Source: Acidobacteriota bacterium (GTDB taxonomy: Bacteria > Acidobacteriota > Vicinamibacteria > Vicinamibacterales > JAKQTR01). From it: 64,000 nucleotides of DNA. Below the pieces are notes generated by a model that saw only the letters and a program-made list of their open reading frames with translations, was not told the origin of the DNA and ran no database searches. The stretch covers positions 60,015-124,014 of the forward strand of contig JBFMFH010000111.1 of assembly GCA_040752275.1 (NCBI GenBank). The letters are read 5' to 3'. Made by a program: the position numbers and the translations under genes. Shown in pieces: positions 36,698 through 45,709 of this stretch. How positions within the stretch are numbered: the stretch's first letter is position 1; each line of letters opens with the position of its first letter.

Positions 36698-37692
36698 CTG
36701 AGGTTGATCCGCTTGACGGTCCGCACGTTGAAATACCGGTCGTCGGCCAGGGAGTTCGGTAGTTTGCCGTCGCGGAACGCCCGGCAGAGATCGCGCACGG
36801 CGTCCTCGATCGTGCGCTTCGGCATCCATCCGAGCTTCTCGGCGATCTTCCGCGAGGATACGTGATAGGAGCGAGGGTCGTCGCTGGGCGTGGTCTCGAT
36901 GGGGATTGGCGCCAGTTCCGGGAACTCTTGTTCGACGACGCGCTTCACCTGGCCAGCCAGCTCCGACACGGTGAAGTTCTCGTACCCGGCATTGAAGATC
37001 TCGCCCGCCACCTTCGAGTCGGGAATGTCCAGCAGCTCGACGTACAGGTCGGCGATGTCGTCGATGTGGATGTTCGGCCGCTTCTGGGCTCCGCCGAAGA
37101 CGGTGATCTTACGCTTGTTCACCGCGTGATTCGTCAGGATGTTGACGGTCAGGTCGAGCCGCGTTCGCGGCGAGTAGCCGCAAACGGTCGCGGGCCGGAT
37201 GATGATGGTCGTGAACCCCGGCGACTGGTACTTGAGCAGCAGCGGTTCGGTCAGGCCCTTGTAGCGGTTGTATTCGCTCACGGGCACGAGCGGGTGCTCT
37301 TCGGTGACCTCGGGCGCGTCGCTGACGCCATACACCGAGCTCGTGGACGCGTAGATGTACCGGCGCACGCCAGCCGCGACACTCGCCCTGACCATTGGCT
37401 CGAACGAGTCGTAGTTGATCGACCGGCTCAGGTCGGGATCCAGCTCGAAGCTCGGATCGTTCGAGAGGCAAGCCAGGTTGATGACCGCATCGGCCCCGCG
37501 TACGGCCCGGGTATAGGCGGCTGTATCCCGAATATCTCCCCTGATCACGGTCAGGTCCGGATGCGCGGGCAGACCATCGGCACCGAACAGCATCAGGTCG
37601 TAGACCGTGACGGCACAGCCTTTCGCCAGCAGCTTCGGAACGAGCACGCACCCCTTGTATCCCGCACCTCCGATGACTGCGACGTTCTTCAT
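36694..37692 (-). CDS. NAD-dependent epimerase/dehydratase (extended SDR)
   Basis: IGGAGYKG, ASTSSVYG, YNRYK, RPATVCG, RLDLTVN. Confidence 0.88.
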   Translation of the reverse strand: MKNVAVIGGAGYKGCVLVPKLLAKGCAVTVYDLMLFGADGLPAHPDLTVIRGDIRDTAAYTRAVRGADAVINLACLSNDPSFELDPDLSRSINYDSFEPMVRASVAAGVRRYIYASTSSVYGVSDAPEVTEEHPLVPVSEYNRYKGLTEPLLLKYQSPGFTTIIIRPATVCGYSPRTRLDLTVNILTNHAVNKRKITVFGGAQKRPNIHIDDIADLYVELLDIPDSKVAGEIFNAGYENFTVSELAGQVKRVVEQEFPELAPIPIETTPSDDPRSYHVSSRKIAEKLGWMPKRTIEDAVRDLCRAFRDGKLPNSLADDRYFNVRTVKRINLR

Positions 37693-37721
37693 CGTCCCTC
37701 TACCGATTCCGTGTCGGACCG

Positions 37722-38357
37722 TCAGATCCAGAAGACCCGCTCTTGGGCGATGCCATGCTTCGTCAGCCGCTTGGTGATTCTCGCGTCGTCGGTGAACGAC
37801 ATCACCACGAGGACGTCGTAGCGGACGCCGCGCGCCTCGAGTCGGCCCAGCTGCCGGTGGGAGTACACCGGCACATCGAAGAACTTCCTCACCTGGTCCT
37901 TCGCCTTGTCGTCGACGACACCGACCAGACTGAGGTCGGTGTGCTGCAGGCAGATGTACCCGACCTCGGCCACCTCCCCGGCGCCGTAGAACAGGATGCG
38001 CTTCGGCTCGTCGCCGTCCGGTGCGGCGCCAGGGCGTGACGGCCACGCCTCGGACAGCACGGCGAACCGCTCCAGGATCCGATCCCTCGCCGTGGCGTAG
38101 AAGCGGATGGACCGATCGAGGTACGCCCTCGTCATCCGGCTCTTCTCGGCCATGCCGGCCGGCGTCAGGAGGTACAGGAAGCGATTGGGACGGACGTGGA
38201 CCATCCGGACCCAGCCCTTTCTCACGAACCGGCGGATGAGCAGGTTCGTGAGACCCAGCGCGATGCCGAGATTCTGGGAGATAAGCCGCTGGGAACGGGG
38301 TGCCCCGGCCGCCAGCTCGGTCAGAATCCTATGGGCGTGTTCTTCGTGGGACGTCAC
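37722..38357 (-). CDS. EPS-associated MarR-type winged-helix regulator with C-terminal Rossmann-like domain
   Basis: SQRLISQNLGIALGLTNLLIRR..KGWV..YLLTPAGMAEKSRMT (TIGR04176-like); C-terminal ILFYGAGEVAE; first gene of the operon. Confidence 0.85.
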   Translation of the reverse strand: MTSHEEHAHRILTELAAGAPRSQRLISQNLGIALGLTNLLIRRFVRKGWVRMVHVRPNRFLYLLTPAGMAEKSRMTRAYLDRSIRFYATARDRILERFAVLSEAWPSRPGAAPDGDEPKRILFYGAGEVAEVGYICLQHTDLSLVGVVDDKAKDQVRKFFDVPVYSHRQLGRLEARGVRYDVLVVMSFTDDARITKRLTKHGIAQERVFWI

Positions 38358-38513
38358 GATGGGCGGACCCGCTTGCGAGGATTACGCTGATGCAAGTCAC
38401 TGAATGTACTGAGTTTACGAGCCAATGGTGGGCCTAATCGGCACACTCCGTGCCTGTGGCTTACACCGGAGGCGCACGGCAGAATAGGCCCCCCAGCCGG
38501 GGAGAGGCAGGGT

Positions 38514-38528
38514 GTTCACGCGATGAAC
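38514..38528. promoter_or_regulatory. Palindromic operator candidate GTTCA-N5-TGAAC overlapping the predicted transcription start
   Basis: GTTCACGCGATGAAC begins 5 nt downstream of the -10 box, upstream of the MarR-type gene. Confidence 0.55.
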
Positions 38529-38533
38529 GAGCA

Positions 38534-38562
38534 ATTATCGGCCGGAACCCCGGCCGTGTCAA
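38534..38562 (-). promoter_or_regulatory. Sigma70-type promoter of the long minus-strand operon
   Basis: Minus strand reads TTGACA (38562-38557), 17-nt spacer, GATAAT (38539-38534): 11 of 12 consensus bases with optimal spacing in a GC-rich background. Confidence 0.8.
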
Positions 38563-38650
38563 TCGGAAGCGCCGCCCGGAAGGCCCAGGGCGTCGCCGTC
38601 ATAACGCTCGTGCCTCTCGACACCCTTGCTGGGCCCATTGCAGAATCGGG

Positions 38651-39421
38651 ATGACACCGATGCTGACTGCGGATCCCGAGCCATGTCTCTCGATCGTCAT
38701 TCCCACCTACAACGAGGCCCGCGGCATCGCCGAGACTCTCGCCCAATGGTCGGCATCCCTCCGCACCTGGGCGTCCACCTGGGAGGTACTGGTGGCCGAC
38801 GATGGGAGCACGGATGCCACGGTGGCCTGCGTGAAGGACGCGATGCCGGAAGATGCGAGAATCCGCATCATCGAGCTGCCCCATCGCGGCAAAGGCTCCG
38901 CTGTCCGCCAGGGGATGCTGTCGGCCAGAGGCGCCTGGCGGTTTCTGGCGGACGCGGACCTGTCCATGGACGTCGGTGCACTGCAAAGCTTCTTTGTCCC
39001 GTCCGGCGAGCGAGGGCTCGCCGATGTCGTGATGGGTTCGCGGGAAGCCGCTGGCGCGAGGCGCGTCGGTGAGCCCTGGCGGCGCCATGCCATCGGAAGG
39101 GTCTTCAATTGGCTCGCCAGGTTGGTGGCCGTGCCCGGCGTGCAGGACACCCAGTGCGGGTTCAAGCTATTCAGCAGGCAGGCCGCCCTGTCACTCTTTC
39201 CCCATCAGACGCTGGACGGGTTCGCCTACGATGTGGAGATCCTGTTCCTGGCCCGCCGGGCCGGCTTCTCCATGCTCGAGCTTCCCATCACGTGGACCTT
39301 CAGGCCCAGCAGCCGGGTGCGCGTCGGCACGGGATCACGCGCATTTGCCGATGTGCTCCGGATACGATGGAACGCACTGGCGGGCAGGTACGATGGGCTC
39401 GGACGCCATGTAGCGGTGTAA
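38651..39421 (+). CDS. GT2 polyprenyl-phosphate glycosyltransferase (dolichyl-phosphate beta-glucosyltransferase-like)
   Basis: SIVIPTYNE, DDGSTD, GKGSAVRQG, DADL, DTQCGFKLF, FAYDVEIL. Confidence 0.88.
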   Translation: MTPMLTADPEPCLSIVIPTYNEARGIAETLAQWSASLRTWASTWEVLVADDGSTDATVACVKDAMPEDARIRIIELPHRGKGSAVRQGMLSARGAWRFLADADLSMDVGALQSFFVPSGERGLADVVMGSREAAGARRVGEPWRRHAIGRVFNWLARLVAVPGVQDTQCGFKLFSRQAALSLFPHQTLDGFAYDVEILFLARRAGFSMLELPITWTFRPSSRVRVGTGSRAFADVLRIRWNALAGRYDGLGRHVAV

Positions 39422-40866
39422 TGCTGATGCCCTTCTTGCGGAATGGACCAGGCATCTGGGGCGCGGTGACGCTGTTCTTCATGCTCGTCGTCGCCGGTGC
39501 ACTGTCGTGGTGCCTCTTCCACACGCCCCTGACACTGCACGACGGATTGGGTCCGATCCTCGATGCCCAGGCTGCGGCGTCGGCGTACGACATGTTCATG
39601 AGCGGGTTATGGAGCCGCGGCTACCTGAGGCCACTGCGCCTCGCGCAAGTCAAGTGGGTCTTCGACCTCTCGTCCGGGCACTACTTCGCCGCGTACAAGG
39701 CGGTCCACGCCGGCCTGGTCCTGCTGACGTTTGTGCTATTCGCTCGGGTGCTCAGGGTCCGGACACCGATCGAGTTCGTGGCCGCGACGGTGGCGACGAT
39801 GGTGCTCGTCGGCCACCACGCGTTCTTCATGCTCGTGGGCGAGGCCTACCCGATCAACCACTTCATCGAGATCCTCGCCCTCGTACTGCTGGTTGTGGGA
39901 CTTGCGCGCGGACGCCCCGGTTGGCTGCCCGACCTCTCGGCGGTGTTGGCTCTTGCCATTGCCGTGCTGGTGATTGAGTCCGGCCTGCTCGTGTGGGTCG
40001 CGATCGTGAGCTGTTACCTGCTCGGCTGGCGAGGATTATCGCGCCGCGCGTTGGTCGCGACGAGCGTGCTGGTCGCCGGCTACCTGTACCTGCGCTTCGC
40101 CGTGATCCACGTGGGCGGCCCGGGCCTGGATGAGCGGGCATCGGGGTTCCTGCTCGAACGCCTGGAGCCGGCCCAGCTCATCGCCAGGTTCGGTGACAAC
40201 CCCCTGCCCTTCTATGCGTACAACGTCGCGTCGGCTTTCTCGACCGTCTTTCTGTCAGAGCCGCGCGGCGGCGTCTGGACGGTGGTCCGGGCATGGCTGG
40301 ATGGCCACCTTCAGCCATGGATGGTGTTTCACGTCGTGTCCTCTGCGTTGGCCACCCTGGTCGTCGTCGGACTGGTGTTGGGACGTTGGCGGCGCTACGT
40401 CGGGCGGCAGTTCGGCGACGCCGATCGCCTGATGCTTCTGGGGCTGATGATGGCCGGCGCAAACGCGGTCATGAGCTACGCGTATCTGAAGGACGAAGTC
40501 CTCAGCGTGGCTGCGGCGTTCTACGCGTCGGCGGTTTTTGCCGCGGTGGCCGAAATCGGCCGGTGGTGGGTCGCGCGGCCGCGCCGGCTGCTGCCCGCAT
40601 TCTGTCTCGTGTCGGTCCTGGCCGTCGTTTCGTGTCTGTGGACCACGCGCGCGGCCGGCTGTTTCTACAACCTCCGCAGCTTCGCGTCGAAGGTGTCGGC
40701 AGACTGGGCTGATCATTCCCTCGCAGACGACTTCCCGGAGATGGCGGCCAGTCCTGACGCCGTTCGGCTCTACGACACCCTGCGGCGCGAGGCCCTCGAC
40801 TTGCGGACCCCGCACGCCCATTTCACGGATGAACGGCATGTCCAGCGATTCATCGAGATCCGGTAG
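39421..40866 (+). CDS. Multi-pass membrane protein, GT-C-like
   Basis: About 10 hydrophobic segments, acidic first loop and YLRPL motif; TAATG coupling to the GT2 gene. Confidence 0.6.
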   Translation: MLMPFLRNGPGIWGAVTLFFMLVVAGALSWCLFHTPLTLHDGLGPILDAQAAASAYDMFMSGLWSRGYLRPLRLAQVKWVFDLSSGHYFAAYKAVHAGLVLLTFVLFARVLRVRTPIEFVAATVATMVLVGHHAFFMLVGEAYPINHFIEILALVLLVVGLARGRPGWLPDLSAVLALAIAVLVIESGLLVWVAIVSCYLLGWRGLSRRALVATSVLVAGYLYLRFAVIHVGGPGLDERASGFLLERLEPAQLIARFGDNPLPFYAYNVASAFSTVFLSEPRGGVWTVVRAWLDGHLQPWMVFHVVSSALATLVVVGLVLGRWRRYVGRQFGDADRLMLLGLMMAGANAVMSYAYLKDEVLSVAAAFYASAVFAAVAEIGRWWVARPRRLLPAFCLVSVLAVVSCLWTTRAAGCFYNLRSFASKVSADWADHSLADDFPEMAASPDAVRLYDTLRREALDLRTPHAHFTDERHVQRFIEIR

Positions 40867-41311
40867 CCTGTTCGGGTCCGCCTTCGCGGTGGTCGGGCTT
40901 CCGCCGATGCTGCTGGCCGCAGCCCTCATGGCGTTGGTGTCTGGAGTCGGCCCGATCCATCAAGCCTTCTGGCCGTTGCCGTCCCTGACTGCCGCAGAAG
41001 CGGCCGCCCAGGGGGACATTCCGGCCCTGCTGGCCGCCGTTCGGGCTGGTTCCAGCCTCAGGGCTCCTCAACCCGTGCGGGCCGGTATTATCCGGCGCGC
41101 GCGCTCCGTCACGCCCCTCGAGGCGGCTGTCCTGGGGAAGAGCCGTCGCGCGCTCACGTTCCTCCTCGACGCAGGCGTCGAACCGACGACCGCCGACATC
41201 CGCCGCCTGCTGTGCTTCGCCGGCGACAGCGACAGGCGCGAGCTTCGCGAGGTGTTGATTGCCCGTTTCGGACCGCAGCCGCCGGGAGACTGTTCTGCTG
41301 TCACCTGGTAG
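40838..41311 (+). CDS. Small membrane-anchored protein with ankyrin-like repeats
   Basis: N-terminal hydrophobic helix; TAAEAAAQGD..L and TPLEAAVLGK..ALTFLLDAG resemble ankyrin repeats. Confidence 0.55.
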   Translation: MSSDSSRSGSLFGSAFAVVGLPPMLLAAALMALVSGVGPIHQAFWPLPSLTAAEAAAQGDIPALLAAVRAGSSLRAPQPVRAGIIRRARSVTPLEAAVLGKSRRALTFLLDAGVEPTTADIRRLLCFAGDSDRRELREVLIARFGPQPPGDCSAVTW

Positions 41312-41326
41312 TCCGGGCGGGGGCCA

Positions 41327-42280
41327 CTATCGCCGCGTGACGATCGAGGTGATGCTGCCGCTGTCTTTCGTGATGATCTTCACGTGGAACGTGCTCTCGT
41401 TCCTGCGCTGGAAGTCCTGCAGGAACGCGATTGTCGAATTGGTACCGTCGTATCCGTACTCGGGGTCACCCGACGTCTGCAGATCCTCGATGATGTAGCA
41501 CCGCCTCCAGTTGCCCAGCAGGTTCGAGAACGTGTCCTGCTGATCCTTCACGCGATGTGACGCGTCATCGACGATGATGTCGAACACGCGGTCGGTCCGG
41601 TAGTCGGACTGTGCGCATTGCAGGAACTCGACCCTGTCGAGTCCCTCGAGGAACGCCCCAACATCCCGGTTGTCGATGCAGGTGATCGTGGCGTTGGGGA
41701 AGTAGTCGAGCCACATCCGGACCGACCGCCCCTTGCAGACGCCGATCTCCAGCAGCGACGTCACCTCGAAACGAACCGGCTCGAGTACCGTGTTGTAGTC
41801 CTCGGTGAACTTGTGGTGGAGCGCCTTGTCCGTGCGGTGCTTGACGCCCAGCGCCGTCAGGGTGTCCGGCTTCCCCGCTGTGTGGCCGCTTCCGCCTGCT
41901 GCCTCGGGAGGCGTCGCGAGCGTCGCCAGAAGGGCGTCTGCGAGTTCGGACTGTGCCTCGCGCAGCTCGGAGATCGCCGCGTTCAGGCGAGCCGAGAGGT
42001 CGTCTGCCTGGCAGCGCAGGTAGGCCGCCACGAGGCCGAGGTCGGCGAGCAGCATCTGCTCGATCGCCGCGTCGATGGGTGTCCCGACGTCCCGGGTGTC
42101 CGAGAGGATTTCGGTGAACCCCCCCAACCGGGCCAGCATCAGATCCATCGGAAAGGGAGCCCGACCGCCCAGCGTGTCCAAATCAGCCGCGCTGTTGGAG
42201 GGTGGCTTCTGCAGGACCGACGCCGGTGGCATCGATGCGAGGAGGCGTTCGAGCGCCCGGCACTTCTCCGACAGCGTCAT
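41327..42280 (-). CDS. SAM-dependent sugar O-methyltransferase-like protein (MycE/TylE-like) with N-terminal helical extension
   Basis: TDKALHH, LLEIGVCKGRSVRMWLDYFPNA, DIIVDDASH, YIIEDL. Confidence 0.75.
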   Translation of the reverse strand: MTLSEKCRALERLLASMPPASVLQKPPSNSAADLDTLGGRAPFPMDLMLARLGGFTEILSDTRDVGTPIDAAIEQMLLADLGLVAAYLRCQADDLSARLNAAISELREAQSELADALLATLATPPEAAGGSGHTAGKPDTLTALGVKHRTDKALHHKFTEDYNTVLEPVRFEVTSLLEIGVCKGRSVRMWLDYFPNATITCIDNRDVGAFLEGLDRVEFLQCAQSDYRTDRVFDIIVDDASHRVKDQQDTFSNLLGNWRRCYIIEDLQTSGDPEYGYDGTNSTIAFLQDFQRRNESTFHVKIITKDSGSITSIVTRR

Positions 42281-42300
42281 CGCCTCCTCCCCGAGTTCGC

Positions 42301-44034
42301 CTATCTGAAGCAGGGCCAGCCAAGGGGGGCGTAGGTGCCCGTGGGGACGAGCGAGTTCTCAACCAGCAGTACCACCGAGAACCGTCCGTCGAGCGCCTGC
42401 TCGCCCGCCGTGCGATAGTGCGCGTCGAAGTGCTCGGCGATTCGCGGGTAGGCCTCCAGGAAGCTCGAGAACTCCGGTTCGGCCGCCACGACAGCGACGG
42501 ACACCGACTGGCGCCGCAGCCGCTCCAGTGTGAGTGCCTCTGCCTCGGGCGTCCTGAAGAACCCGGCACGCAGGTCGGCATGTCCTCCGGCAAAGCCCCG
42601 CTGGGCCAGCGCCAGCACTTGCGGCAGGTACGGCTGCATGAAGACGCGGTCGGATGGACCCGTGCAGTCGCGCAGGTAGAACGCGAGCCGCATGACGCCA
42701 GGGGTGTCCGGACTGGTCCAGTTCTCCAGCGGCCAGACCTGCTTCAGCCGGCTGCCCACCAGGATGGTGCGGCGAACGGCCCGGCGCGGTCCTTCGACGA
42801 GGCCAGCCTTGTCGAGGCGCCGGTGCAGATCGTAGGTCAGCGCGGACACGGCCACGAACACGATGACCGCCGTAGCCAGGGCGAAGAGTCCGGCGGCCAC
42901 GCGCGTGGCACCGGGCAGTCGGGGTGACACCTCCTCGCGGCCCCGGCGAAGAACCACTAGGCACGCGGCGACCATCCACGCGACAAGCACCGCGTGGGGC
43001 ACGAATGGGTCCGCCAGCCGCGCGGCCAGCGGGTGCCGCAGAAAGCCCACGTCGAGCACGAAGGCCAGAGCGGCCACCACGGCGATCTTCTCCCTGGCAT
43101 ATGGCCAGGGCGCCCGGAATCCCCTGCGTGACACCAGCACGCCGGCCAACGCCACAAATGGAAGGACGATCTCGAGGTAGAACATCCACGCGACCCAGTT
43201 GTCGCGGAGGACGGCGACGGGTCTCGCCACCGGACCGCCCCGGCTCGCGGCGTCCGAGACCCCGTCGGGATTGTCGAAGAGGCCCGGCCAGACGGCCGGG
43301 GTTCGGCCACGATCCTGCTCGGCCCAGGTCGTGGCCTGCCGGAAGTAGTGGGCCACTCCGCCGTGCAGTTGGATGAAGACCAGGTAAGGCGACACCAGCG
43401 CGATCACCGTCGCGACGTAGACGACCGCGTGCTTCACCCGCTCGCGCGCGGGCAGCCGCACGAGCAAGGCTATCGCGAGACCGGCGGCGATGGCCACGAA
43501 GACCCCGTGATCGTGGCGAAACAGGAACGCCACTGCCGTCACGGCAGCCATCCAGAAGCGCCGCCGGGTGCTCTGGTCGTCGATGAACGCCCAGATGACG
43601 GGAATCGCCAGCGCGTAGACCAGGATCTTCGGGTAGTTGTAGAAGCGAGGCTCGAGCAGGACCTGGAACCCCGCCGCCGCGAGTCCCAGGACGATCGAAC
43701 CGGACGCCCGTCGTGCCAGCCAGAATGTCAACGCCGCGCTGAACGACAGCGCGCCGGCCGAGAAGACCAATTCCGAGAGCGTGCCGCGGCCGCCGATGAG
43801 TTGCACCGCGGCCGCCACGTAGTAGTAGAGGGGCGCGCCGTGATCCACGAAGTCGCGCACGGGCAGGTCGCCCAGGAGGATCTGCCAGCCACGAACGAGG
43901 TAGAAGAAGTGATCGTCGGTGAGTCCACCGAACGACCCGTTGGGATCGTTGAACCTGTACAGCCACGATCCGACGAACACGACTGCGGCTGACAGCCACA
44001 TCGTTGCCGCCTGCAGGCGGGACGGGGAGGTCAT
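42301..44034 (-). CDS. Multi-pass membrane GT-C-like protein (paralogue 1)
   Basis: LTDDHFFY..G.LPVRDFVDHGAPL loop after TM1, many TM segments, soluble C-domain; start taken at MTSPSRL. Confidence 0.68.
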   Translation of the reverse strand: MTSPSRLQAATMWLSAAVVFVGSWLYRFNDPNGSFGGLTDDHFFYLVRGWQILLGDLPVRDFVDHGAPLYYYVAAAVQLIGGRGTLSELVFSAGALSFSAALTFWLARRASGSIVLGLAAAGFQVLLEPRFYNYPKILVYALAIPVIWAFIDDQSTRRRFWMAAVTAVAFLFRHDHGVFVAIAAGLAIALLVRLPARERVKHAVVYVATVIALVSPYLVFIQLHGGVAHYFRQATTWAEQDRGRTPAVWPGLFDNPDGVSDAASRGGPVARPVAVLRDNWVAWMFYLEIVLPFVALAGVLVSRRGFRAPWPYAREKIAVVAALAFVLDVGFLRHPLAARLADPFVPHAVLVAWMVAACLVVLRRGREEVSPRLPGATRVAAGLFALATAVIVFVAVSALTYDLHRRLDKAGLVEGPRRAVRRTILVGSRLKQVWPLENWTSPDTPGVMRLAFYLRDCTGPSDRVFMQPYLPQVLALAQRGFAGGHADLRAGFFRTPEAEALTLERLRRQSVSVAVVAAEPEFSSFLEAYPRIAEHFDAHYRTAGEQALDGRFSVVLLVENSLVPTGTYAPLGWPCFR

Positions 44035-44125
44035 TCGTCGAGCGCCTGCTGTTCGAGTGCGGGGGCGCGCATCGGCCGGAAGAGCCGCACGAGCACCGCG
44101 GCCTGTTCGGGGTTCATCAGTGCAG

Positions 44126-44131
44126 ATTATA
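44126..44131 (-). promoter_or_regulatory. Possible -10 box (TATAAT) in the divergent intergenic region 44035-44204
   Basis: Perfect TATAAT on the minus strand ~90 nt upstream of 44034; no recognisable -35. Confidence 0.35.
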
Positions 44132-44204
44132 GTCATTCCCGGCCAGGTTCCTGTAGTAGAGTTCCAACGTGGCGCGTCTGTCCGACCGGCGACGCCATCC
44201 CACC

Positions 44205-44729
44205 ATGCCAGCACTCCGTTCGCTGATGACACGCGCGCTTGCCGCGATCGGGCTCGCCTCGGCGGGCACCGTCCGTGTTCTTCGCGAGCGCCTGGACGCC
44301 GCCGAGACGCGGGCTGACGCTCTGAGCACGCAGGTGGCAACGGTCAAGGCCGAGGCCCAGTCCGTCAAGTCCCGTGTCGAGGAACTCAAGGCGCAACTGG
44401 CCGCGGCCCGGACCGAGGCCCAGGCTTCGAAGTCTCGAGCTGACGAGGTCGCGAGAGAGCTGGCCGCGCTCCAGAGTGACCTGAGCCGGTCCCGCGCGCA
44501 GGTTCAGGAGCTGACCGCCAAAATCGCCACGTGGCGAACCAAGGGCGACCGGATCAAGGTCAAGCTGGCGCGAGCCGAACGGGCGGTCCAGGTCGCGAAC
44601 GAACACCTGATGTCGACGGAGACGAAGCTGGATCTCGTGGAGGCCGCCATCACCGTGCTCGACACGCGGACCCGCAGGCCGCGCTCGGGATCCGCTTCTC
44701 CGGCGTCGGACGACGGACAGGTGACGTGA
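44205..44729 (+). CDS. Coiled-coil protein with conserved N-terminal amphipathic leader
   Basis: Ala/Glu/Lys/Arg heptad pattern throughout; N-terminus is similar to that of 49259-50335. Confidence 0.72.
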   Translation: MPALRSLMTRALAAIGLASAGTVRVLRERLDAAETRADALSTQVATVKAEAQSVKSRVEELKAQLAAARTEAQASKSRADEVARELAALQSDLSRSRAQVQELTAKIATWRTKGDRIKVKLARAERAVQVANEHLMSTETKLDLVEAAITVLDTRTRRPRSGSASPASDDGQVT

Positions 44730-45709
44730 ACACCTCCGCACCTCCATACCTCAGCATCGTCCTCACCGGCCGCAACGATAACTACGGCGGCGACTTCAAC
44801 GAGCGCTTCTTCCGGGCCCTGCGATTCAACCACACGAACCTGGCCGCGCACGGCGTCGATCACGAGGTCGTCTTCGTCGAGTGGTCTCCGCTCGCTGGCA
44901 GGCCCCATCTTTCCGACCTGCTGGCCGCCGAGTTCTCCGATCTGGCTGCCACAGCGTTGACCTGTTACGTCGTGGACCCGCGCTACCAGGACGAGCTATC
45001 CCTGAATCCGAGCATCAAGTATCTGGAGTACCTCGCCAAGAATGTCGGTCTCCGGCGCGCGACCGGCCGGTTCGTCCTGTCGACGAATACCGATGTCTTC
45101 TTCGGCGAGTCGGTGGTTGCCTCGCTGGCGTCGGGGCGCCTCGAGGCCGGCACCGTCTACCGCGCGCCGCGGTTCGACCTGAAGCTGGGCATCGACCAGA
45201 GTCACGTCTCCTGGGAGATGTTGGACGACGAACGCAATCAGACCCGGCGCGGGACCCTCGCGCCGCCGTTGCTCTCTGGCGCGGCTGGTGACTTCCTTCT
45301 GGCGGATCGAGAGAGCGTGCATCGTCTGAAGGGATTCAACGAGGTCTACCGCCTGGCTCGCGTCGGGATCGACGTCAACTTCCTGGTCAAGGCGTATGGG
45401 GCCGGCCTTCGGATGGCCGACATCGGCGGGCCCGTCTATCACGTCGACCACATCGGCAGCCATCGGAGCTCCAAGTCCTTGTACGACGACAGCACGGCAC
45501 CGTGGGGTCGCGGGCGCTGGCATGCGCGGACCGCGAGCTACGACAATCCCCACACGTGGGGTCTTGCGGAAGCCCCCCAGGTGGAGGTAGGGCCGCGGAC
45601 GTTCCGCATCGACTTCGACTGGGCCGCGATGCCGCCGCTGGTGGAGTTGCGGCGCGTCGTCCTGCCTGTCAGGCGCGTGGGTCAGGCGGACGCGGGTGGT
45701 GACGCCTGA
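44726..45709 (+). CDS. GT-A fold putative glycosyltransferase
   Basis: LSIVLTGRND, KNVGLRRATGRFVLSTNTD, GDFLL..GFNE; GTGA overlap. Confidence 0.68.
   Translation: MNTSAPPYLSIVLTGRNDNYGGDFNERFFRALRFNHTNLAAHGVDHEVVFVEWSPLAGRPHLSDLLAAEFSDLAATALTCYVVDPRYQDELSLNPSIKYLEYLAKNVGLRRATGRFVLSTNTDVFFGESVVASLASGRLEAGTVYRAPRFDLKLGIDQSHVSWEMLDDERNQTRRGTLAPPLLSGAAGDFLLADRESVHRLKGFNEVYRLARVGIDVNFLVKAYGAGLRMADIGGPVYHVDHIGSHRSSKSLYDDSTAPWGRGRWHARTASYDNPHTWGLAEAPQVEVGPRTFRIDFDWAAMPPLVELRRVVLPVRRVGQADAGGDA

Noticed and set aside
41312-41326. Intrinsic terminators at convergent gene ends (also 46734-46753)
   Set aside because: The gaps are only 15-20 nt, with no convincing hairpin plus U-tract.
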